Positions 9,615-18,356 of a stretch of 34,358 nt of DNA are shown piece by piece. Position 1 is the first letter of the stretch. Every line of letters starts with the position of its first letter. The notes below the pieces were generated by a model. The model saw nothing but the letters and a program-made list of their open reading frames with translations. It was not told the origin of the DNA and ran no database searches. Origin of the DNA: Candidatus Methylomirabilota bacterium (GTDB lineage: Bacteria > Methylomirabilota > Methylomirabilia > Rokubacteriales > CSP1-6); the NCBI GenBank assembly GCA_035275385.1, contig DATEMW010000133.1, positions 1-34,358 of the forward strand, read 5' to 3'. The position numbers and the translations under genes were made by a program.

Positions 9615-10631
9615 GTGAAGATCACGTTTCTGTGCCCGCATCTCCGTATCGCCGGCGGAGTGCGCGCGATCCTCACGTACGCTGACCGGCTCACCGCCGC
9701 GGGCCATCACGTCGAAGTCGTCGTGCCGGCCAAGAGCCGCGCGCGGGCGTTCTGGCGGTCACTGACCGGCGCGGGCCCCGACTGGATCGCCGGCTTTCGC
9801 GCAAAGGTCTCCTGGGTCGATCGCTGGCGCCCGGCCGCGCTGCCCGACGCCGACGCGATCGTCGCGACCGCGTGGCAGTCGGCGCCCGCCGTCGCCGAGG
9901 CGCCGTTGCGGAGCGGGCGAAAGTTCTACCTCGTGCAGCACTACGAGAGCCTCTATCACGGCCAGGCCGAGGCGGTGGACGCCACGTATCGGCTCCCGCT
10001 CAGGAAGATCGTGATCTCGACGTGGCTCCGCGACGTGATGCGCGAGCGCTTCGCGAGCGACGCCGATGTCGTCGTGACGCCCGTCGACTCCGCGCTGTTC
10101 CACGCCGTGCCGGTCACGGCGGCCACGTCGCGCCCGCGCGTGCTGATGCTGCATCACGAGTACGCGTGGAAGGGCGTCGCGGAAGGCTTCGAGGTCGTCT
10201 CGCGCGTGAAGAAACGCGTCCCCGGGCTTTTTCTCGTCGGGTTCGGCGTCAGCCCGCCGAAGGGCGGCGCGGCCTACGACGAGTTTCACGCCGACCCGCC
10301 GCAAGACAAGCTCGCGGCCCTCTACAGCGGGTGCGAGATCTATCTGTGTCCCTCGTGGGACGAAGGGCTCGGCATGCCGCCGATGGAGGCGATGGCCTGC
10401 GGCGCCGCGCTCGCGACCTACGACAACGGCGGCTGCCGCGACTATGCGCTCGACGGCCAGACGGCGCTGGTCGCGCGGCGGCGCGACGTCGACGATCTCG
10501 CGGCCAAGCTCGAGCGGCTCGCCGCCGACGAGGCGCTGCGCGCCCGCATCGCGGCCGCCGGCTCCGCGTTCATTCGCGACCGGTTCGATTGGGCGCGCGC
10601 CGTGCGACGCATGGAGGAGATCTTACGGTGA
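9615..10631 (+). CDS. Glycosyltransferase family 4
   Basis: Start moved to GTG 9615 (MKITFLCPHLRIAGGVR); motifs 'ATAWQS', 'KFYLVQHYE' and 'EGLGMPPMEAMACG'. Confidence 0.9.
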   Translation: MKITFLCPHLRIAGGVRAILTYADRLTAAGHHVEVVVPAKSRARAFWRSLTGAGPDWIAGFRAKVSWVDRWRPAALPDADAIVATAWQSAPAVAEAPLRSGRKFYLVQHYESLYHGQAEAVDATYRLPLRKIVISTWLRDVMRERFASDADVVVTPVDSALFHAVPVTAATSRPRVLMLHHEYAWKGVAEGFEVVSRVKKRVPGLFLVGFGVSPPKGGAAYDEFHADPPQDKLAALYSGCEIYLCPSWDEGLGMPPMEAMACGAALATYDNGGCRDYALDGQTALVARRRDVDDLAAKLERLAADEALRARIAAAGSAFIRDRFDWARAVRRMEEILR

Positions 10632-11653
10632 CGGCGGCGCTGCCCACCGTCGACGCCCCGTGCGCGGTCTGCGGCAGCGGCGACGCCGACCCGGTGTGGA
10701 CGACGGAGGATCGCGCCTTCGCGGTACCGGGCCGCTACACGATCGTGCGCTGTCGCGGCTGCGGGTTGCTCTATCAGCGGCCGCGCGTGCGCGACGAGCA
10801 CCTGGCCGCGTGCTATCCGGATCACTATCCGCGGCATCAGGAGCCGTCGCCGCGGATGCCGCTGAAGGGGTCGGAGGGCCGCCGGCGCGCCGCGCGGTGG
10901 GCGCTGTCCGAGGGCCTCGGCTACGGCGCCTATCGCGACGTGGGGGTGTCGCCCGTGACGCGGCTTCGCGGGCGGCGAATGCTCAAGCGGATCCGGTGGA
11001 ATTGCCCGCCGTGGATCGGCTCCGGACGGTATCTCGACGTCGGCTGCGGCTCGGGCGGCGCGCTCGCGGTCGCGCGCGAGCTCGGCTGGCACGTCGCGGG
11101 CATCGAGATGGACGACGCCGCGGCGGCGCTCGCGCGTCGGTTCACCGAGGAGCTTCACGTCGGAGACATCCTGACGGCGCCGTTCGCGCCGGGAAGCTTC
11201 GACGTGGTGACGGCGTTCCACGTCCTCGAGCACGTGCCGGATCCGGTCGCGGTCGCCCGCCGGATGCTCGACTGGCTGGCGCCCGGCGGTCTCTTGATCG
11301 TGGAGGTCCCGAACGCGGGCGGGCTCGGCGCGGCGCTGTTCGGCCGCGCGTGGTCGGGACTCGAGCTTCCACGACACCTCTCGCACTTCACGTCCGAGAC
11401 GCTCGAGCAGGTGATCGTCAGGGCCGGCGGTCGCGTCGTGTGGACGTGGCATCAGGCCAAGCCGCGCACCTATCTCTGGAGCCTGTCGGCGCTCCTGCGC
11501 GATCGCGGCTGGGACGGGGTTGCGAAGCTCACGGAGAAACGACCGGTCTACGGCGCGTTGAAGCTCGGGCTGGAGCTACTGGTTCCGCTCGCGCGCCTGA
11601 CGCGACGCGGAGAGGCGATCAGGATCGGCGCCGTCCGGAGTCGCCCGACGTAG
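10628..11653 (+). CDS. Class I SAM-dependent methyltransferase with N-terminal Zn-ribbon
   Basis: Start moved to GTG 10628 (GTGA overlap); CAVC...CRGC; YLDVGCGSG; FHVLEHVPDP; VEVPN...PRHLSHF. Confidence 0.88.
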   Translation: MTAALPTVDAPCAVCGSGDADPVWTTEDRAFAVPGRYTIVRCRGCGLLYQRPRVRDEHLAACYPDHYPRHQEPSPRMPLKGSEGRRRAARWALSEGLGYGAYRDVGVSPVTRLRGRRMLKRIRWNCPPWIGSGRYLDVGCGSGGALAVARELGWHVAGIEMDDAAAALARRFTEELHVGDILTAPFAPGSFDVVTAFHVLEHVPDPVAVARRMLDWLAPGGLLIVEVPNAGGLGAALFGRAWSGLELPRHLSHFTSETLEQVIVRAGGRVVWTWHQAKPRTYLWSLSALLRDRGWDGVAKLTEKRPVYGALKLGLELLVPLARLTRRGEAIRIGAVRSRPT

Positions 11654-11825
11654 CGTAGGCCGAGGGCGAGTCGTGCCGGGCGGCGAGGTTGGCCAGCTCG
11701 CGCTCGAGGTCGGCCAGGCGCTTGGCCAGGCGGTCGCGCTCCTCGCGCAGCGATTGGGTTGCGGACTGGATGTGCGCTGCGAGGTGCTTGTCGCGATCCG
11801 CTCGAAGCCGGGCCGTGTCGTCCAT
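11619..11825 (-). CDS. Small hypothetical coiled-coil protein (68 aa)
   Basis: High GC3 codons; heptad pattern LREERDRLAKRLADLERELANLA; sigma54 motif directly upstream; 35-bp convergent overlap with the methyltransferase. Confidence 0.6.
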   Translation of the reverse strand: MDDTARLRADRDKHLAAHIQSATQSLREERDRLAKRLADLERELANLAARHDSPSAYATSGDSGRRRS

Positions 11826-11841
11826 GCGTCATCTGACTCCG

Positions 11842-11857
11842 AGCAAGAGCGGTGCCG
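11842..11857 (-). promoter_or_regulatory. Putative sigma54 (-24/-12) promoter for the small coiled-coil gene
   Basis: Minus strand reads CGGCACCGCTCTTGCT, matching YGGCAC-N5-TTGCW with exact GG-N10-GC spacing. Confidence 0.6.
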
Positions 11858-11969
11858 CGCTTCGGGTCCTTACGCGTCGCGGGCTTCCGCGTCGGCGGCC
11901 GTGCACTCTGACACCTGCGACGCGAGCATCGGTCAGGCTGGCACTCCGGAAATCCTCTCAAAACCCGCG

Positions 11970-11978
11970 TGCTAGAAT
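11970..11978 (+). promoter_or_regulatory. Extended -10 promoter for the FmdB-like gene
   Basis: TGcTAGAAT, 10 nt before ATG 11989; no Shine-Dalgarno. Confidence 0.5.
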
Positions 11979-11988
11979 CGAGCGCGTT

Positions 11989-12372
11989 ATGCCGATCTAC
12001 GAGTACGAGTGCGACGGCTGCCGAAGGCGGGTGAGCCTGCTCGTGCTCCGCCCCTCGGCGGCCGAGCCGCCGAGTTGCCCGCGCTGCGGAAGCTCGGCAC
12101 TCTCGCGCGTGATGTCGCGCTTCGCCACCGTGAAGTCCGAAGACGCGCGGCTCGATTCACTCGCTGACTCGGCGAGCCTGGGCGACCTGGACGAGAACAA
12201 TCCGGCAAGCGTCGCCCGGTTCATGAAGAAGATGGGCCGCGAGCTCGGGGACGATCTCGGCGACGACTTCGAGTCGGCCATGGACGAGGCGATGGAGGAA
12301 GGCGAGGGCGCCGGAGACGGCGACGCTGAATCCCCAGGCGCCGCGGACGCATCTTCGGATGAGAGCCTGTGA
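11989..12372 (+). CDS. FmdB-family zinc-ribbon protein with acidic C-terminal tail
   Basis: MPIYEYECDGC...CPRCGS..LSRVMSRF signature; start moved to ATG 11989. Confidence 0.88.
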   Translation: MPIYEYECDGCRRRVSLLVLRPSAAEPPSCPRCGSSALSRVMSRFATVKSEDARLDSLADSASLGDLDENNPASVARFMKKMGRELGDDLGDDFESAMDEAMEEGEGAGDGDAESPGAADASSDESL

Positions 12373-13349
12373 AAGTCTCGATCCGCGACCGCCTGGACGC
12401 CGTTGGAGCGCGCGCGTGGGACGATCTCGTGGCTGCCTCCCGCCTGCGGTCGCCGTTTCTCTCCTGGACCTGGCAATGCGAGTGGTCCCGCACGTTTGCC
12501 GAGCAGCGCCGCCTGGAAATCCGGTGTGTCGAGGACGACGGCGGCGACCTCGTCGCTCTCCTGCCGCTCTATGAGTCGGCACCCGGCGCAATGGAGACCA
12601 TCGGCGGTGCCGACGTTTCCGACTATCTCGATCTGATTGCGGTGAAGGGGCGGGAGGAGGAGGCCTGGACGGCGCTCCTCCAGTCGCGGACTGCCGACGC
12701 GGTCGAGTGGGTCTTGCACGCGGTGCCCGAGGCGTCGCCCACCGTCAGCGCGCTGTCGCCTCTGGCTTCGGCGTGCGGCCTGGCGGCGTCGGCTGCGGTG
12801 GAAGAACGATGTCCCGTGCTGGCGTTACCGCCCTCCTGGGAAGCCTACCTCGCCCGCCTGTCCGGCAAGCACCGCCACGAGCTCCAGCGAAAGATGCGAC
12901 GTCTCGAACGCGAAGCGCCCGACGCGCATGCCTCGTGCGTCGCGACGCCCGCCGACATCGAGGCGCGGCTCGGCGACTTCCTGGCGCTTCACCGGAGCTC
13001 GCGCGTCGGCAAGGCGCGCTTCATGGACGACCGGATGGAGCGGTTCTTTCGTCGCGCGCTGACGGCGTTCGCCGAGCAGGGCGCCGCGCGGCTCTGGTTC
13101 CTCGACACGTCCTGGGGTCCGATCGCGGCGTTCGTCACGATCGAGTGGGACGGTACCGTCGGCCTCTACAACTCCGGCTTCGCCCCCGAGCGCGCCGCGC
13201 TTTCTCCGGGCGTCGTGCTGCTGGCGCGCGTGATCCGCGACGCGATCGAGCGCCGCTGCGCGAAGTTCGACTTCCTGCGCGGCGAGGAGCGCTACAAGTA
13301 CGAGTTCGAGCCGATCCCCGAGGCCGTCTACCAGGTGAGGATCCGGTGA
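12369..13349 (+). CDS. GNAT-fold acyltransferase, CelD/BcsL (Acetyltransf_6) family
   Basis: SPFLSWTW, SDYLD, SWEAYLARLSGKHR, LYNSGF, SPGVVL and FDFLRGEERYK motifs. Confidence 0.87.
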   Translation: MKVSIRDRLDAVGARAWDDLVAASRLRSPFLSWTWQCEWSRTFAEQRRLEIRCVEDDGGDLVALLPLYESAPGAMETIGGADVSDYLDLIAVKGREEEAWTALLQSRTADAVEWVLHAVPEASPTVSALSPLASACGLAASAAVEERCPVLALPPSWEAYLARLSGKHRHELQRKMRRLEREAPDAHASCVATPADIEARLGDFLALHRSSRVGKARFMDDRMERFFRRALTAFAEQGAARLWFLDTSWGPIAAFVTIEWDGTVGLYNSGFAPERAALSPGVVLLARVIRDAIERRCAKFDFLRGEERYKYEFEPIPEAVYQVRIR

Positions 13350-14602
13350 ACCTGCACGTCGCGATGCTGAGCGTGCACACGTGCCCGCTGGCCGCGCTGG
13401 GCGGCAAGGAAACGGGCGGGATGAACGTGTACGTCCGCGAGGTGTCCCGCGAGCTCGGCCGCATGGGCGTCTCGGTCGACGTGTTCACGCGCTCGCAGGA
13501 CCCGACGATTCCGCGCGTGGTGTCGCTCGGAGAGCGCGCGAGGGTCATCCATGTGCCGGCCGGTGACGAGGGGCCGATGGCGCACGTGCGCGTGCACCAG
13601 CATCTCGACGAGCTCGTCGACGGCGTCGACGCCTGGCGCATCGCTCACTCGATCGACTACGACTTGATCCACGCCCACTACTGGCTGTCCGGCGTCGCCG
13701 CGCTCCGGCTCAAGACGCGGTGGTCGGTGCCGGTCATGCAGATGTTCCATACGCTGGGCCGGCTGAAGAATCGCGTGGCGCGGACGGCGTCGGAGCAGGA
13801 GCCCGCGATCCGGCTCGCCGAAGAGACCAGGATCGTCGGTGAGTGCGATCGGATCGTGGCCGCCAACGTGGTCGAGCGCGCCGAGCTCTTGCGCGACTAC
13901 GGCGCGTCGCTGTCGCGGATCGCGACGATTCCGTGCGGCGTCGACACCGATCTGTTCGCGCCGGGCGACCGCGCGCGGGCGCGCGCCACGCTCGGGCTCG
14001 GCGAAGAGCCCGTGCTTCTGTGGGTCGGCCGCGTGGCGCCGATCAAGGGGCTCGACACCTTGCTCGACGCGGTCGCACGGCTCCGCGCCGCCGGGACGGC
14101 GGTGCGGCTGCTGATCGTCGGCGGCGACGCGGACGAGGCGATGAGCGAGCACGAAGCGTTCTTGCGGCAGCGCATCGAACGGCTCGGCCTGCAGGAGTCG
14201 GTCTGCTTCGTCGGGCCGCAGCCGCAGAGCGTGCTGCCCGTCTACTATGCCGCCGCCGACGTGACGGTGCTGCCGTCGTACTACGAATCGTTCGGCATGG
14301 TTGCCCTCGAGGCGATGGCGTGCGGAAGCCCGGTTATCGCGTCGCGCGTCGGCGGCCTGGTGACGACGGTGCGCGACGGCGTCACCGGATTCCTCGTGCC
14401 CGACGGCGACGTCGAGGCGCTGGCCGAGCGTATCGGCGCGCTCGTCGCGGATCCCGATCTGCGCTGGCGCGTCGGCCGCGAGGGTGTGCGCTGGGCCGCG
14501 CAGCACCGCTGGGCATGCGTGGCCGAGGCCGTGTGCAAGGAGTACGCGTCGCTCGAGTCTCGGGCGCGCGCGCATCTGGCCGCCGGTCGCTGTCGAGACT
14601 GA
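13346..14602 (+). CDS. GT4 glycosyltransferase, MshA (D-inositol-3-phosphate glycosyltransferase)-like
   Basis: Start moved to GTG 13346; MLSVHTCPL...GGMNVYV, HAHYWLSG, FHTLG and YESFGMVALEAMACG. Confidence 0.88.
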   Translation: MNLHVAMLSVHTCPLAALGGKETGGMNVYVREVSRELGRMGVSVDVFTRSQDPTIPRVVSLGERARVIHVPAGDEGPMAHVRVHQHLDELVDGVDAWRIAHSIDYDLIHAHYWLSGVAALRLKTRWSVPVMQMFHTLGRLKNRVARTASEQEPAIRLAEETRIVGECDRIVAANVVERAELLRDYGASLSRIATIPCGVDTDLFAPGDRARARATLGLGEEPVLLWVGRVAPIKGLDTLLDAVARLRAAGTAVRLLIVGGDADEAMSEHEAFLRQRIERLGLQESVCFVGPQPQSVLPVYYAAADVTVLPSYYESFGMVALEAMACGSPVIASRVGGLVTTVRDGVTGFLVPDGDVEALAERIGALVADPDLRWRVGREGVRWAAQHRWACVAEAVCKEYASLESRARAHLAAGRCRD

Positions 14603-14655
14603 CCCGGCCACGCTGAAGCCGTTCCAGCAGGCCATACCGCCCAAGTTCGCTGAAA

Positions 14656-14664
14656 TGCTACACT
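14656..14664 (+). promoter_or_regulatory. Extended -10 promoter for the Opp/Dpp operon
   Basis: TGcTACACT, 9 nt before GTG 14674; no Shine-Dalgarno. Confidence 0.5.
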
Positions 14665-14673
14665 GCGACCGCA

Positions 14674-15678
14674 GTGGGCACCCTCCTCGAGGTTAAGAAC
14701 CTCAAGACGCATTTCGTGACGCGCAGCGGCGTCGTGCGCGCGGTCGATGATGTGTCGTGGGACGTCGGCGAAAGCGAGACCGTCGCGCTGGTCGGCGAGT
14801 CGGGCTGCGGCAAGAGCGTGAGTGCGTTGAGCATCATGCGTCTGGTGGCCGGACCCGCGGGACGGATCGTCGGCGGCGAGGTGCTCTTCAAGGGGCGCGA
14901 CCTGCTCAAGCTCTCCGAAGAGGAGATGCGCCACGTCCGGGGCCGCGAGATCGGCATGATCTTCCAGGAGCCCATGACCTCGCTCAACCCGGTGCTCTCG
15001 ATCGGGCGCCAGCTGACCGAGGGGCTCGAGATCCACCTGGGTCTCTCACCGACCGAGGCGCGGCGGCGCTCTGCCGAGCTCCTGGGCATGGTGGGAATTC
15101 CGGATCCGGAGCGGCGCCTGAGTCAGTATCCGCACCAGTTCAGCGGCGGGATGCGCCAGCGGATGATGATCGCGATGGCGCTGGCCTGCAAGCCCTCGCT
15201 GATCCTCGCCGACGAGCCGACCACGGCGCTCGACGTGACGATCCAGGCCCAGATCCTGGAGCTGATGAAGGACCTCTCGCGCCGCTTCGGTGTGGCGATG
15301 CTGATCATCACGCACAACCTCGGCGTCGTCGCCCGGTACGCCGACCGGGTGAACGTCATGTACGCCGGAAAGATCATCGAGCGGGGGACCGCGCGCGAGA
15401 TCTACGCCAACCCCCGGCACCCCTACACGCTCGGGCTGCTCCGCTCGGTGCCCCGCCTGGACGAACCCCGGCGCGCGCGTCTTGACCCGATCGAAGGCCA
15501 GCCGCCGGATCTCACGCGGCTGCCGAGCGGGTGCGCCTTCACCCCGCGCTGCGCGTTCAGCGTCGATCGCTGCCGCGCCGAGATTCCGCCGCTCCGGGCG
15601 GTGAACGGCGCCGGCCACGTCAGCGCGTGCTGGGAGGCCGAACGGCTCGGACGCCAGGCGACCGCGGTGGGATCGTGA
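14674..15678 (+). CDS. Oligopeptide/dipeptide ABC transporter ATP-binding protein (OppD/DppD-like)
   Basis: [26 protein letters not shown] and C-terminal Cys cluster. Confidence 0.95.
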   Translation: MGTLLEVKNLKTHFVTRSGVVRAVDDVSWDVGESETVALVGESGCGKSVSALSIMRLVAGPAGRIVGGEVLFKGRDLLKLSEEEMRHVRGREIGMIFQEPMTSLNPVLSIGRQLTEGLEIHLGLSPTEARRRSAELLGMVGIPDPERRLSQYPHQFSGGMRQRMMIAMALACKPSLILADEPTTALDVTIQAQILELMKDLSRRFGVAMLIITHNLGVVARYADRVNVMYAGKIIERGTAREIYANPRHPYTLGLLRSVPRLDEPRRARLDPIEGQPPDLTRLPSGCAFTPRCAFSVDRCRAEIPPLRAVNGAGHVSACWEAERLGRQATAVGS

Positions 15679-16655
15679 AGGACGACGCGCCGATTCTCGA
15701 GGTCCGGAATCTGGTGAAGCACTTCCAGGTCGGCGGCGGCCTGTTCGGCGGGCGAGCTGGACTGGTGCGGGCGGTCGACGGCGTGAGCTTCGAGATCCGC
15801 CGCGGCGAGACGCTCGGGCTGGTCGGCGAGTCGGGCTGCGGCAAGACCACGACGGGACGCTGCATCCTGCAGCTCGAGCGGCCGACCAGCGGCCAGATCC
15901 TCTTCGAGGGCCGCGACCTGACCGTGCTCGACGAGGACGCGCTGCGCCCGATCCGGCGCAGGATGCAGGTGATCTTCCAGGATCCCTACAGCTCGTTGAA
16001 TCCGAGAATGACGGTGGGCCAGATCATCGCCGAGCCGCTGGCCGTCCACGGGATCGTCACCGACCGCGGCCGGCGCGCCACGCGCGTGCGCGAGCTCTTG
16101 TCCCACGTGGGCCTCTTGCCCCAGCACGCGCACCGCTATCCGCATCAGCTCTCGGGCGGCCAGCGCCAGCGGGTCGGGATCGCGCGCGCCCTCGCTGTCG
16201 AGCCCGCGCTGATCGTCTGCGACGAGCCGGTCTCGGCGCTCGACGTGTCGATCCAGGCGCAGATCATCAACCTCCTCGAGGATTTGCAGGCGCAGTTCGG
16301 GCTGACCTATCTCTTCGTCGCCCACGACCTCTCGGTCGTGCGCCACATCTCGGACCGCGTGGCCGTGATGTACCTCGGCAAGATCGTCGAGATCACCGAC
16401 CGGAAGTCGCTCTACGACTCTCCGCTGCATCCGTATACGAAGGCGCTGCTGTCGGCGGTGCCGATTCCGGATCCGGCGCTCGAGGCCCAGCGCGAGCGCA
16501 TGGTGCTGGGCGGGGAGGTGCCGAGCCCGTTGAACCCGCCGCCCGGGTGCGTCTTTCATCCCCGGTGCCCGATCGCGATCGATCGCTGTCGGGTGGAGGT
16601 GCCGGACCTCCGGGAAATCCACCCCGCGCATCGGGCCGCATGCCTGCTCGCTTGA
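15675..16655 (+). CDS. Oligopeptide/dipeptide ABC transporter ATP-binding protein (OppF/DppF-like)
   Basis: Start moved to GTG 15675; [25 protein letters not shown] and HPYT. Confidence 0.95.
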   Translation: MKDDAPILEVRNLVKHFQVGGGLFGGRAGLVRAVDGVSFEIRRGETLGLVGESGCGKTTTGRCILQLERPTSGQILFEGRDLTVLDEDALRPIRRRMQVIFQDPYSSLNPRMTVGQIIAEPLAVHGIVTDRGRRATRVRELLSHVGLLPQHAHRYPHQLSGGQRQRVGIARALAVEPALIVCDEPVSALDVSIQAQIINLLEDLQAQFGLTYLFVAHDLSVVRHISDRVAVMYLGKIVEITDRKSLYDSPLHPYTKALLSAVPIPDPALEAQRERMVLGGEVPSPLNPPPGCVFHPRCPIAIDRCRVEVPDLREIHPAHRAACLLA

Positions 16656-16736
16656 CGGGATACCGCTCCGTGCTCGAAGCTGAAACCACTCGCGCTCGAT
16701 CGTGGTTATCCAGCGAGACCTCTGGAGGAGAATCCA

Positions 16737-18332
16737 ATGCGACGCTACCTATATAGCCTCGGAATCGCCGTCCTGGCCCTCGTGCTGGCGGCCCCGGCCG
16801 CGGCGCAGGACAAGCCCCGCTACGGTGGTGAGCTCGTGTTCGCGGTGCCGTCCGAGCCGCCGTCCTACGACGCCCATCGCGAGGAGACGTTCGGCGTCAT
16901 CCATCCGCTGGCGCCCCACTACAACACCTTGCTCCGGCCGGATCCGAACGATCCGAAGGCCTCCAAGATCGTCGGCGATCTGGCCGAATCGTGGACGATC
17001 TCGAAGGATGGGCGGACCTACACCCTGAAGCTCCGTAAAGGCGTCAAGTTCCACGACGGCAGCGAGATGACCTCGAAGGACGCGAAGGCGAGCTTCGACA
17101 AGATCATCTTCCCGCCGCAGGGCGTCGCCTCCGACCGCAAGGGCGAGTACCTCGACGTCGAGGCCGTGCAGGCGCCCGATCCGTACACGGTCGTGTTCCG
17201 CCTGAAGTGGCCTTCAGGGTCTTTCCTGATGTCGCTCGCCTCGCCGTGGAACTGGATCTACAAGGCCGACATCCTCTCGAAGGACATGCGCTGGTACGAG
17301 ACGCACATCATGGGCACGGGGCCCTTCACCTTCGTCGAGCACGTGCGGGGCTCGCACTGGGTCGGCAAGAAGAACCCGAATTACTGGGACAAGGGCAAGC
17401 CCTATCTCGACGGGTATCGCGCGCTCTTCATCCGCGACTCCGCGGCGCAGGTGGCCGCCGTCCGCGGCGAGCGCGCGCACATCCAGTTCCGGGGCTTCGC
17501 GCCGTCCGAGCGCGACAGCCTGGTGCAGGCGCTCGGTAACAAGATCGCGGTGCAGGAGAGCCCCTGGAACTGCGTGATCCTGGTCGCGCTGAACCACGAC
17601 AAGAAGCCGTTCGACGACAAGCGTGTCCGCAAGGCGCTCACCCTGGCGCTCGACCGCTATCAGGGCGCGCAGGCGCTGTCGAAGATCGCGATCGTGAAGG
17701 AGCCGGCCGGCGTGCAGGTGCCGGGCATGCCGTTCGCGACGCCGCCGGCGGAGCTGGAGAAGCTGGCCGGCTACAGCCACGACATCAACAAGTCACGCGC
17801 TGAGGCCAAGCGCCTGCTGAAGGAAGCAGGCGTGCCCGACGGCTTCACATTCACGTACAAGAACCGCGGCGTGCCGATGCCCTACGAGCCCCTGGGCGTG
17901 TGGCTCATCGACCAGTGGCGCCAGATCGGCCTGACCGTGAAGCAAGAGGTGATCGAGGCCGCGAAATACTACGCCGAGCTTCGCGGCGGCAACTTCGAGG
18001 TCGCCGCCGACTTCCAGTGCGGCTACATCGTCGAGCCCGATCTCGACCTCTACAAGTTCCAGTCGAAGGACAAGAGCCCGGCGAACTACAGCCGCTACAC
18101 CGACGCGGTGCTCGACGAGCTCTACGAGAAGCAGGGCAAGGCAACCGATCCGGAGGAGCGCAAGAAGTACATCCGCGAGTTCGAGCGCCGGCTGCTCGAC
18201 GAGGAAGTCCACTACATCTACACCTTGCAGTGGCACCGGATCGTTCCGCACAGCGCCAAGGTGAAGGGGTGGACGATCACCCCGAGCCACTACTTGAACC
18301 AGCAGCTCGACACCGTGTGGCTCACCGAGTGA
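16737..18332 (+). CDS. ABC transporter substrate-binding protein, family 5 (paralog 1)
   Basis: Signal peptide; 'GDLAESW..S.DGRTYTLKLRKGVKFHDG' family 5 signature; RBS GGAGGA. Confidence 0.93.
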   Translation: MRRYLYSLGIAVLALVLAAPAAAQDKPRYGGELVFAVPSEPPSYDAHREETFGVIHPLAPHYNTLLRPDPNDPKASKIVGDLAESWTISKDGRTYTLKLRKGVKFHDGSEMTSKDAKASFDKIIFPPQGVASDRKGEYLDVEAVQAPDPYTVVFRLKWPSGSFLMSLASPWNWIYKADILSKDMRWYETHIMGTGPFTFVEHVRGSHWVGKKNPNYWDKGKPYLDGYRALFIRDSAAQVAAVRGERAHIQFRGFAPSERDSLVQALGNKIAVQESPWNCVILVALNHDKKPFDDKRVRKALTLALDRYQGAQALSKIAIVKEPAGVQVPGMPFATPPAELEKLAGYSHDINKSRAEAKRLLKEAGVPDGFTFTYKNRGVPMPYEPLGVWLIDQWRQIGLTVKQEVIEAAKYYAELRGGNFEVAADFQCGYIVEPDLDLYKFQSKDKSPANYSRYTDAVLDELYEKQGKATDPEERKKYIREFERRLLDEEVHYIYTLQWHRIVPHSAKVKGWTITPSHYLNQQLDTVWLTE

Positions 18333-18356
18333 GCCATTTGAGCGAGTGAGAGATCA

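Noticed and set aside
11548-11832. Alternative ORF from ATG 11832 (MTHGRHG...), which sits at the predicted sigma54 start site
   Set aside because: Low-complexity Arg/Pro/Gly product with a long overlap of the methyltransferase; the 11825 frame has better codon bias and a coherent heptad pattern. Not fully excluded.
16684-16707. Inverted repeat AACCAC-N12-GTGGTT upstream of the first binding protein
   Set aside because: Only 6-bp arms and no associated promoter or U-tract; could be chance.
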